Source of the DNA: Sedimentisphaerales bacterium
GTDB lineage: Bacteria > Planctomycetota > Phycisphaerae > Sedimentisphaerales > Anaerobacaceae
Reading direction: 5' to 3'
NCBI GenBank assembly: GCA_040772485.1
Contig: JAXGYC010000007.1
Coordinates: 736,001 to 800,000, forward strand
Length of the DNA: 64,000 nucleotides
A program made the translations under genes and the position numbers. Every line of letters begins with the position of its first letter. Position 1 is the first letter of the stretch. This document shows positions 27,561 through 35,754 of this stretch, in pieces. The notes beneath the pieces are model-generated. The model made no database searches. It was not told the DNA's origin and saw nothing but the letters and a program-made list of their open reading frames with translations.

Positions 27561-28714
27561 TATGGTGCACCTTCCAGTATGGATTCCAGCCCGACATCGG
27601 ATTTCACCAGGGCCACCGTGGAGGCACCCCATCCCTTGAGGCTCAGTCCGACCGCCAGCGAGAAGTCCGCTGCCGGATGGAGGTCCTCCATATTGGCCCC
27701 GACCGGCGTCAGATCGAACCCGCGCAGCGGCTCGGCGACCTCCGTCTCGATGGCCAGGTGATGTCTCATGACCGTGAGCAAGGCCTCCTCGTGGACGCCC
27801 CCTCCGGCCAGCAGAGCCCGCTCGACTCGTTTGCCTCGGAACGTCACCGTGTAGTACCGAAGGCACAGCGAGATCTCTGCGGCCAGTTGCTCGGCCGTGC
27901 CGTGCAGCGTGTCGGCAACGAGACGACGCGTCGCCGCATCGACCGAATCGCTGGACGTCATCTTGCGGCGCAGAGACTCGGCGTCGGCCACAGAGATCGA
28001 CAGCCGGGCCGCAATGTCTTCCGCGAACCGCGAGACCCCGAACGCCATCTGTTTGACGAAGCAGATCTCACCGGCCCGCCCCAGGACGACGGTGGTGTAC
28101 CGATGGCCGACGTCCAGAAACATGATCGTTCGTTCCTTGTCTTCCTGGCGCCGCAGCACCCGCTCGAAACACCGGAACAGGGCACAGGGCGATGCGTCGA
28201 TGCCCACCGGCTGCAGGCCCACCTCTTCCACAAGGGCGATGTGCTCTCGAATCGCCTCGTCGTCGCTGGCGAACAGGATGTATTCGTTCTTGAGTTCATC
28301 CCCCTGCCGGACGCTGCCCGCCAGCACGTAGCTGACGGAGTCGATCTTCGGGTTCAGTGCGAACCGATGGGCGGCCTCTTTGCGAAGCGTCTGCTCCACG
28401 TCATCGCCCGGCGCCTCCGCCAGTCTCACGGATGTGATCTTCAGGTCGTCCGCCGGCAAGGCCGTGACCACGTCAGGTCCCTTGAAGGCCCCCTCGGCCA
28501 GCAGACGCCGGACGGCCGGAGCCACCCGACGTCGCCACAAGTCATCGTCGCTCGCATCATGCGAACCGACGACGGCCCTTTCGGCCGCGAGCACCCGGAC
28601 CCCGTCCTCGGATACCGCCAACTGGATCATCTTGACAACGCTGTGTCCGATATCCAGTCCGATGGGCAGGATCTTCTCTCTTCGATTCATCCAATGAGAC
28701 AGTCGCATATCCAA
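27560..28714 (-). CDS. pilM: PilM actin-like protein
   Basis: IGLDIGHSVVK, FLDVG, LLAGGG, LAVGLSL. Confidence 0.88.
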   Translation of the reverse strand: MDMRLSHWMNRREKILPIGLDIGHSVVKMIQLAVSEDGVRVLAAERAVVGSHDASDDDLWRRRVAPAVRRLLAEGAFKGPDVVTALPADDLKITSVRLAEAPGDDVEQTLRKEAAHRFALNPKIDSVSYVLAGSVRQGDELKNEYILFASDDEAIREHIALVEEVGLQPVGIDASPCALFRCFERVLRRQEDKERTIMFLDVGHRYTTVVLGRAGEICFVKQMAFGVSRFAEDIAARLSISVADAESLRRKMTSSDSVDAATRRLVADTLHGTAEQLAAEISLCLRYYTVTFRGKRVERALLAGGGVHEEALLTVMRHHLAIETEVAEPLRGFDLTPVGANMEDLHPAADFSLAVGLSLKGWGASTVALVKSDVGLESILEGAP

Positions 28715-28718
28715 ACAC

Positions 28719-29243
28719 TCACTCAGAAACGGAGATGAACCCCGTCACAGGCTCGACCGTCACCGTCCGCGTGAAATCCCCGGCCTTCAGCACCACGGTT
28801 CCACCATTGTCCGGGCTGCCGAGCGAATCGAACTCCACGAAGTTGTTGTTGGAAGCGCCGAACGCGGCACTTTCGACCTTCACCTGGTCCAGTCTTCCAT
28901 CCGTGGTGAAATTGACGATGTACCCATTCTCCTTCTGGGTCACCGGGTGCTTGATCACCGCACCGCTCTGGTCCTGAATCTCATACCGTTCGTTCGCCGG
29001 ATCGAAGACAACCTTGTGCTTCTGGCCCCGGCTGATCGCCATGCTCCTGGCGTATTCGAGATCGGCGGCCACGATGCCGCCGGCGGCGCGCATCTGCGAA
29101 CTCGCGGCCGAGGACATCATCGGCACCGCGATCGCCGCGGAGATCGCGAGAATCACGATGACGATCAACAGCTCGATCAGCGTGAATCCGGCACGAGACC
29201 TCACGGTCCGCCCAACAGATTGTGCTGTCCTGTCTTTACACAT
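28719..29243 (-). CDS. GspH/FimT-like minor pilin
   Basis: [34 protein letters not shown]. Confidence 0.85.
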   Translation of the reverse strand: MCKDRTAQSVGRTVRSRAGFTLIELLIVIVILAISAAIAVPMMSSAASSQMRAAGGIVAADLEYARSMAISRGQKHKVVFDPANERYEIQDQSGAVIKHPVTQKENGYIVNFTTDGRLDQVKVESAAFGASNNNFVEFDSLGSPDNGGTVVLKAGDFTRTVTVEPVTGFISVSE

Positions 29244-29265
29244 AGTCAACCTTGCCTCCGTTTCT

Positions 29266-29293
29266 CTTTCGGCCCATCGGGAGCCGGGCTTAA
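29266..29293 (-). promoter_or_regulatory. sigma28-like promoter upstream of the fimT-pilMNO block
   Basis: TTAAG-N15-GCCGAAAG, 22 nt upstream of the ATG. Confidence 0.6.
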
Positions 29294-29619
29294 CCTGCGT
29301 CCGGACCAACCTTCCGAGACGCTCGGCGATTGGCGTGGCAGCCGCCCAAACGCTGCCGCGACCCCCGTCTGCCGGCAGGCCAAGAGGTCCCCGACAGACC
29401 GCACAGGCGTCAGGAACGCTCCGCGATGCCGTCAACGTCCCGAAAAATGCCCCTTTCATTGCCATCTGTTCTGCCGCCAAATCGGCGGCCCCGGCGGCGC
29501 CTTTGACGCACGACCGTCTCCCGCCGGCGGCGGCGAGTCGCGCTTTTTTCCTCCGCGACGCATTGGGACCGATAAACCGCTCTGTGTTCTGGGACCTGGC
29601 CATCTGCTCGGCCACCTCA

Positions 29620-31329
29620 CTATTCCACGCGATGAATGCTCTTGAAGAACGCGCCCCCCGCCGGACTCCAGTCCACGCGCGACCCGGAAGCCCACGTCGT
29701 GATCGCCGCCTTCGTCGGCGACGCAACCACATTCAACGCCGAGCCGCTTCCGGCAAAGGTCCAGTATCCGATCAGTGAATCGCTCGGCAGGGCGAAAATC
29801 TCAGAGGCGAGCAACGCGCGGTTATAGACCCGTACGTCGTCCAGCAGGCCTTTGTACACGTAGCTGGCCGAACCGGTACGATCGGCGCCGATGTTCAAGT
29901 GCCCGTCTCCACTTCCGGGCATGTTCGAAAAAGTGCCCGTGGCGCGCTCCGTCCAGTCCAGATATGACTTCATCGTGGTTCCCTGGCGGACCACCACCAC
30001 ATGGTGCCAAATCCCGTCTGTCAGCTCCGTGCGTAGAATCCCTGTGGACCAGCGGACGGAGTCATGGCCGACAACCAATTCCGTCGCGGTGCTGTCGAAC
30101 TGGAGCACCCAGTGGTTGATGCTTCCGGCCGGATCGGTCTTGCACACGATTGCCCCCCAGGGGTTCTGCGTGACGGCGGGCGCGAGCAGAACGCTCAAGG
30201 TGTAGTCACCGGTGACCTGCAGACAGTCAGCATCGTCCAGCGTCTGCACATATTGGCTGACCCCGTCGAGCGTCAGAACGCCCGTGGCCGGCCACGTCGG
30301 GATATCCCGAAGGATGGCGTCGTTGGGAATCCACGTGGAATCGATGGCGGCCTCCGCAATCTCGCCTGCGGCAAACAGCCCGCCGACGATCTCGGCGTCC
30401 GAGCCGTGTCCCACGAGAACACTGCCATCCACGGCGACGAGGCCCTCGATCTGGAGGTCGGTCGCGCCGTGAAGAATGAGGTTCCCTGTGACATAGACCG
30501 CCGGGAGGTTCTTGGCAGCCGTGAGCCTTGCCCCAACGCCCTTGATGACAAGATCGCCTTCGACCAGCAACATGCCGTTGATGACGACCGCCCCGTCCAA
30601 GGTAAGATTTCCACTGCACCGCCAGATCTTTGGCGAGCTGTAGCTGCCGCTGCTGACCGTGCCGGGTCCAATGGAAGAGGTCACGTAGTCCGGATGGCTG
30701 TAGCTCGCCGTCACGGGGGGCCACGCCATTGCCAAAGTCCCGGCGTCCTTGTACGTTCCGACGATGCCTCCGCTCAGACCGCCGGCGAAGAGGTCGCCGT
30801 CAACGGCGCCAGCAACACCCAGATTGGTGAACGTCCCGGCCGCATACGCGTCCCCGACCACACTCCAGGCCGCGCGAAAAGACAGATCGCTGCCACACCA
30901 CAGGCCGATAGCGGGGTCCAGACGAACGACCGCCGCATAACTGCTATTGCCCACCCGTTCCGCCTGGCGGAGCCGATAGGCCTCGCACGTGACATCGAAA
31001 GCGCACTCATCGCTCGGATCGGCGGCAACGGTCACGTCGTAGAAATCATTCGTGTTGGGGTCCAGTCGAATCGATGTGCCTCCGGTCCAGTACGCACCCC
31101 CGGCGTCCTGCGGATTCAGAAGAAGACCGCGGGCGTGTTCCAGGGCCGAGACCGCCATCTGGTCCATCTGGACGCGGACGGCCAGGCTCCGGCCGGACGC
31201 CAGCTCCACGTCACATCGGGCGATGAACCCCAGCGACAACAGGGTGATCGCCATGATGATGCCCAGGACCAGCAGCAGCGCCACGCCTCTGCGACAAGGC
31301 CGAGTTGTCCGGATTCTTCTATTCATCAT
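29620..31329 (-). CDS. PilX/GspK-like minor pilin with inserted LamG (concanavalin-like) domain
   Basis: RRG|VALLLVL (no Glu5, typical of PilX/GspK); beta-helix-like G-x-L-x-I repeats; LamG motifs WHHVVVV, LNIG, GLLDDVRVYNRAL. Confidence 0.8.
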   Translation of the reverse strand: MMNRRIRTTRPCRRGVALLLVLGIIMAITLLSLGFIARCDVELASGRSLAVRVQMDQMAVSALEHARGLLLNPQDAGGAYWTGGTSIRLDPNTNDFYDVTVAADPSDECAFDVTCEAYRLRQAERVGNSSYAAVVRLDPAIGLWCGSDLSFRAAWSVVGDAYAAGTFTNLGVAGAVDGDLFAGGLSGGIVGTYKDAGTLAMAWPPVTASYSHPDYVTSSIGPGTVSSGSYSSPKIWRCSGNLTLDGAVVINGMLLVEGDLVIKGVGARLTAAKNLPAVYVTGNLILHGATDLQIEGLVAVDGSVLVGHGSDAEIVGGLFAAGEIAEAAIDSTWIPNDAILRDIPTWPATGVLTLDGVSQYVQTLDDADCLQVTGDYTLSVLLAPAVTQNPWGAIVCKTDPAGSINHWVLQFDSTATELVVGHDSVRWSTGILRTELTDGIWHHVVVVRQGTTMKSYLDWTERATGTFSNMPGSGDGHLNIGADRTGSASYVYKGLLDDVRVYNRALLASEIFALPSDSLIGYWTFAGSGSALNVVASPTKAAITTWASGSRVDWSPAGGAFFKSIHRVE

Positions 31330-31948
31330 CGTCTCCGGTCACGAGACCGTCGCCGGCATCGTTCAGCAGGTGGCCGGCCCAGGCCAGCAGTGTCACGTCC
31401 ACTTCGTGCCTGGAGGCGACCTGGTCCTGCGTCAGCTCAAAGGAGATCGTCACCCGCCGGGTCGATGGAGCAGCGGAATCGCAAACCAACTGCACGTTGC
31501 CGCACTCGGCCAGGAGCGGTATCAACACGCCTGCGTAGGAGTTCATCACATCGGCCCGGCTCACGGACAGGCTGCCGCCACTAAAAGTCACCGGGTCGTC
31601 GGCCAAACTCGATCGCACCATGTCAAGCCTGTCGTGCGCCGCAGTGCAGTCGAGGAAGGCCAGTTCATTGACGTTGATGCCGCCGTCTCCGTTGGAGTCC
31701 GCCAGCCAGATCGCCAGTTCGGTGTCCGACGCGGTCAGAATCATCCGGCAGTCTCGAATCACTTCGACGATGCGCACCATACCCAAACGAAGCCGGGCCT
31801 GGGCCAGCGCGGCATCGCTGCCGGTCGTCGTCGCACTGTTCATCGCAAACGCCAGCGTCGCGACCGCCGACAGAAGGATCCCGGTGATGACCAGGGTCAC
31901 CAGCAGCTCGACGAGCGTGAACGCCTTGATGTTTCGGCTTCGGTTCAT
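31319..31948 (-). CDS. PilW/GspJ-like minor pilin
   Basis: IKA|FTLVELLVTLVITGILL. Confidence 0.78.
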   Translation of the reverse strand: MNRSRNIKAFTLVELLVTLVITGILLSAVATLAFAMNSATTTGSDAALAQARLRLGMVRIVEVIRDCRMILTASDTELAIWLADSNGDGGINVNELAFLDCTAAHDRLDMVRSSLADDPVTFSGGSLSVSRADVMNSYAGVLIPLLAECGNVQLVCDSAAPSTRRVTISFELTQDQVASRHEVDVTLLAWAGHLLNDAGDGLVTGDDDE

Positions 31949-32100
31949 TCGGTCTTGTCCGGCGCCTGCCGTTCGGATCTCGGACGCCTTGGCCGCTCTA
32001 CCGGGCCTCGACATGACGGCAGGACGCGGATGTCAGTCCGGTCCTCCCGTGAATCGCCGCCCGCAATCGGATAGGGTCCGCCTCAATTCAAATCATTGAC

Positions 32101-32550
32101 TCACTTGCCGATCAGACGATAGATCGTCGCTACGTTCCGCCCCTGATGGGCCACTCGCACCGTGGCGAGGACAAAGCCCGGCTGAGCGTCGTCGCTCTGC
32201 GGGGGCACATACACGTATTCGCACCTGGCCTCGCGGCTGTAATCGGCATACATCGAATCGGTATAAGGGGTCCCACTGGCGTCCTGCACCTGCCCCTGGG
32301 ATTCGACGCGGGTCCCATACACATCGACGATGTCGTCGAACGGGGTGCTCACGATCCGCTCGATCAGGTCGTTGGCCAGCCTCGTACCGAGCGTGCGGCG
32401 CACGCCTTCTGCCTGGACGGTCGCGCCGCCTGCAAACGGCAACAGGACGCCGGCGGCGGCCATCCCCAACAGCACCGTCGCGAGCGTCGCCTCGGCCAGC
32501 GTGAAACCCCGCCGGACCGCGAAGCCTCGTCGTTTGGGATCAATAGGCAT
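32101..32550 (-). CDS. PilV/GspI-like minor pilin
   Basis: RRG|FTLAEATLATVLL; LANDLIERI. Confidence 0.78.
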   Translation of the reverse strand: MPIDPKRRGFAVRRGFTLAEATLATVLLGMAAAGVLLPFAGGATVQAEGVRRTLGTRLANDLIERIVSTPFDDIVDVYGTRVESQGQVQDASGTPYTDSMYADYSREARCEYVYVPPQSDDAQPGFVLATVRVAHQGRNVATIYRLIGK

Positions 32551-33043
32551 AGTACGCTCTTCCCGCGTCGTCCGTCCCGGAGTTGCCGGGTCGGATTTCG
32601 CCCGTCTGCGCCCGGTAGATCCAGCCGTGACCGTTATCGGGCGCCTCTGGAAAGTCCTCCCCGTCAGCCAGCATCCGGACCGTGGCCCGTCCGTTCACCG
32701 GATTCCTCGGCATATTCGACAGGTAAGGTCCGTATTTGTAGCCGGCGGTTCCCCGGGGGGCCGTCTGGCCCTCGGCATTGCTCGCGAGCAGCGCCTGGGC
32801 AATGAAGACGTCGGCATCGACCGGCGAACCGGGACCCGCCGTATAGCCCGGCCCGATCTCCCCATGCTGGCTGGTGTACACCAGCACGAACCGCCGCAGC
32901 ACGTCGAGGTTGGCTTTCAGCACGCCGGCGCGGGCCGTGGTGCCGCTGTTCGCCACAGACGGAATGACCACGGCCGCCAGGATGCCCAGCAGGACCACCA
33001 CAACCAGGATTTCCACCAGCGTAAAGGCCTTTGCTCTACACAT
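32540..33043 (-). CDS. Pilin paralog (GspG-like)
   Basis: AKA|FTLVEILVVVVLLGILAAVVIP; YGPYL..MP.NPVN; GWIY. Confidence 0.85.
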   Translation of the reverse strand: MCRAKAFTLVEILVVVVLLGILAAVVIPSVANSGTTARAGVLKANLDVLRRFVLVYTSQHGEIGPGYTAGPGSPVDADVFIAQALLASNAEGQTAPRGTAGYKYGPYLSNMPRNPVNGRATVRMLADGEDFPEAPDNGHGWIYRAQTGEIRPGNSGTDDAGRAYYAY

Positions 33044-33134
33044 GGTTCTCCTTCTGATTCTCACGGCACCCGCCGTATATGGGCAAACCGAACGGACGCC
33101 AGGTCCTTCGGATGCTTTTCTTCGTTTCGGCCCA

Positions 33135-33743
33135 TCACAATCCCGCATGATGGACGCTGTCATTGGCAAAGATCTCGCCGGTCTCGGGCACATAAGCCCA
33201 GCCGGCGTCTCCCGGAACGGGAACGTCGTTCCGGTCACGCACCACAACGATGGCCCCGCTGCCGTTGAACGGATTGGCGGGAACCTCTTCGAGATACGGA
33301 CCATAGCAGAACACCTCGTCCCGCCGGGTCCTCGGCCGGTCCGGTTTGACGTTCCCGTCGGCGTCGGTGCAGTAGAGCATCTGATCGAATCGGCCATCGG
33401 CCGCGATCGTGCCATCGGCCGCCCGCATCGGGGGATTGTCGCTGTGCTGCACCTTGTACAGTTCGATCTGCGAGCGGAGCAACTGAAGGTTGTTGCACAG
33501 CTCGTCCATCCGGTTCTCCGCGATCCCCGCGCCGCTGAACCGGGGCGCTACGACGGCCGCCACCACCGCCAGCACCATCACCACGATCGTCGCCTGGACC
33601 AGCGCGAAAGCCCTTCGGCGAGCCGTCCCGTCCCTCAGCGGGCGACGGGCAGAAGGTCGCGCCGCCGTGCCGGTCGAGACGGCGCCGACAGCCGGCGCGA
33701 CGTTGATCGCCTGAGCTGCGGCAAATCCATTGTGTTTCGTCAT
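33135..33743 (-). CDS. Pilin paralog with long leader and Glu5->Gln
   Basis: RRA|FALVQATIVVMVLAVVAAVVAPRF; LRSQIELYKVQH; YGPYL...P.NPFN; GWAY. Confidence 0.8.
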   Translation of the reverse strand: MTKHNGFAAAQAINVAPAVGAVSTGTAARPSARRPLRDGTARRRAFALVQATIVVMVLAVVAAVVAPRFSGAGIAENRMDELCNNLQLLRSQIELYKVQHSDNPPMRAADGTIAADGRFDQMLYCTDADGNVKPDRPRTRRDEVFCYGPYLEEVPANPFNGSGAIVVVRDRNDVPVPGDAGWAYVPETGEIFANDSVHHAGL

Positions 33744-33826
33744 TCCCTCTCCTCCGTTGGCATTGCAGGATGAGCGTTTGCCCATCGCCCCGGCGTCAGA
33801 GCGCCGAGGACCTGCTTGGTCGTGAT

Positions 33827-33870
33827 AAAAAAAAGGCCGGCCGACTCCAGGAGAGCGGGCCGGCCGGCTT
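33827..33870 (-). terminator. Rho-independent terminator after the first pilin gene
   Basis: Minus strand: aagccggccggcc-cgctctcctggagtc-ggccggcc followed by 8 T. Confidence 0.8.
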
Positions 33871-33883
33871 TAAGTGTCGGGTC

Positions 33884-34387
33884 TTACGGAGCAGCAGGCT
33901 CAAGCGCATCGCCAGCCTGAAGCGACGCCAGCACAGCGGCATCAGCCGTCGCGTCGAGGTCGCTGACGTCCAGATACATGGCGCCGGTGGCCTCAATGTA
34001 GATCCAGCCATTGCCCGCCGCCGCGGTCGTCGCAACGTCTCTGGAGTTGTTCCAGGGATTCACGGGAATGATCTGCATGTACGGACCATATGGATCTACC
34101 GCCTTGTCGCGTGCGGCTACATCCACATATCCCCCCGTGGTGGTGGTGGCATGCGAACACATCGTCATCGCATCTTCAAAGTCAGCCTCCAAAGGCACAT
34201 TGTCATTGTGCTGAATCCTGTACAGCTCGATCTGCGACCGCAGGCTCTGCAAGCTGCTCAGCGAGCTGCTGACCTTCGCCTCGGTGCTGGCCTGGGTGAA
34301 CTGAGGAACCACGATCGCGGCCAGAATGCCCAGAATGACCACGACGATCAGGATTTCCACCAACGTAAAGCCTCTTTTTGCCTTCAT
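33884..34387 (-). CDS. Probable major pilin/pseudopilin
   Basis: MKAKRG|FTLVEILIVVVILGILAAIVVPQF; strong GAGGAGG RBS; own promoter and terminator. Confidence 0.88.
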   Translation of the reverse strand: MKAKRGFTLVEILIVVVILGILAAIVVPQFTQASTEAKVSSSLSSLQSLRSQIELYRIQHNDNVPLEADFEDAMTMCSHATTTTGGYVDVAARDKAVDPYGPYMQIIPVNPWNNSRDVATTAAAGNGWIYIEATGAMYLDVSDLDATADAAVLASLQAGDALEPAAP

Positions 34388-34475
34388 GTTATTGTCCTCC
34401 TCGTTGTGCGTAAGAAAAAGAAACATGGAAAACGATTGGTTGTTTCGACGTTGTTCGTCGCTTGTTCCGTGAACC

Positions 34476-34503
34476 TTATCGACAGGATCGCAAGGTCACT
34501 TGA
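34476..34503 (-). promoter_or_regulatory. sigma28-like promoter of the major pilin
   Basis: TCAAG-N15-GTCGATAA. Confidence 0.62.
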
Positions 34504-34766
34504 TTCACCGCTCTTCTCTTGAGCCGCAGACCCTTTCAAAAAGCATGACCGTGTGAATGCCGCCTTCCTCTACGTCCAACATGAATTTCGTTCCCTTATG
34601 GATTCCGGAGCCTTTAACTTTGCCGCCCAAACCAAGTCGGGCAGCGTTATCTGCGGCTCCTCTCAGTCCATCCAAACCATAGAAAACGCGGCACGCGCGC
34701 CAAAACGCGGAGAAGAGAAAAATCGCGTAAAAAAGGAATGGGGGATCGGGGGATGAATCGGGGCGT

Positions 34767-35219
34767 CTATTCCGGGACCTTGACGTGCGGCGGCAGGTCG
34801 GCGATCCGGATGGTGCGGGCGCGCGGTCCGGCGTGCGCCAGGGTGATGCGCATAGGGTTTGTAGCGGCAATCGCCGGCTCGACCCGGTCAGCCCATTCAA
34901 TCAGCACGACCGATTCCGGATAGCACAGATCGTCGAAACCCAGCATCTCGAACTCGGCGATCGAGTCCAGGCGATACGCGTCGATGTGATAGAGGTCCAG
35001 GCGGCCGGCATAGTGGTTGACCAGGACGAACGTCGGGCTGTTCACCTCTCGGCGGTCGGCGGCGCCGGCGCCCTCGGCAATGCCCTTGATCAGATGGGTC
35101 TTGCCGCTGCCGAGCGGACCGACGATCGCGATCACCTCGCCTCCCGCGAGCTGGCGACCCAAGGCCCGGCCCAGCGCGATCGTCTGTTCCGGCGAATGGG
35201 ATGTGATGGTGATTTCCAC
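34767..35219 (-). CDS. tsaE: tRNA threonylcarbamoyladenosine biosynthesis ATPase
   Basis: GPLGSGKT, VNSPTF, HIDAYRL, LIEW. Confidence 0.93.
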   Translation of the reverse strand: MEITITSHSPEQTIALGRALGRQLAGGEVIAIVGPLGSGKTHLIKGIAEGAGAADRREVNSPTFVLVNHYAGRLDLYHIDAYRLDSIAEFEMLGFDDLCYPESVVLIEWADRVEPAIAATNPMRITLAHAGPRARTIRIADLPPHVKVPE

Positions 35220-35317
35220 GGTGTTTCACCTGACAGGAGTCAAATCCGGCCGACGGAAACTTCGGCACTATTCTACAAACATCCTCCACGTCGGAGGCTT
35301 GGCATGCGCTTGCCTCT

Positions 35318-35684
35318 TGCCATTTCCACCGGAGCGGCTCTCCTTCTGTCATTTCGACCGGAGCGCCCCTCCTTTTGTCATTTCGACCGGAGCGAAGCGC
35401 AGCGGAGAAATCCGGCCACAAACCAGATGCGCGCCTCGTCCATAGCCAGACCCCTCGACAGCGCTCGGGGTGACAAATGAGCGTGCCCACGCGATCCCAA
35501 ACGGCGGCGGTATCACGACGTTGTCATTTCGACCGCAGCGGCTCTCCTTTTGTCATTTCGACCAAAGCGCAGCGCAGTGGAGAAATCCGGCCACAAACCA
35601 AGCCCGTGCACAGTCTCTGGCCAGATCCCGTCGGCAAGCTCAGGGCAGGGCCTTCGACGGCGCTACGCTCCGCTCAGCATGACA
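35318..35684. repeat. Cluster of two TGTCA...TGACA palindromic elements preceded by 29-bp tandem copies of the left end
   Basis: 29-bp units at 35318, 35347 and 35522; full elements at 35376-35475 and 35551-35684 share ggagaaatccggccacaaacca. Confidence 0.85.
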
Positions 35685-35754
35685 AACACACGCAGGCCAT
35701 CATGCATTGCACTCCGTATGCGGAACAGGCCATACCCACCATCATGATAACACA

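Noticed and set aside
33078..33116. GGGCAAACCGAACGGACGC resembling the start of a c-di-GMP-I riboswitch
   Set aside because: It is antisense to the pilin genes and lacks the GNRA-capped P2 length and the P3/receptor helix. An Infernal scan with the Rfam c-di-GMP-I model would settle it.
35318..35580. CRISPR interpretation of the 29-bp units
   Set aside because: Units are directly abutting with no unique spacers and are copies of a palindromic element end.
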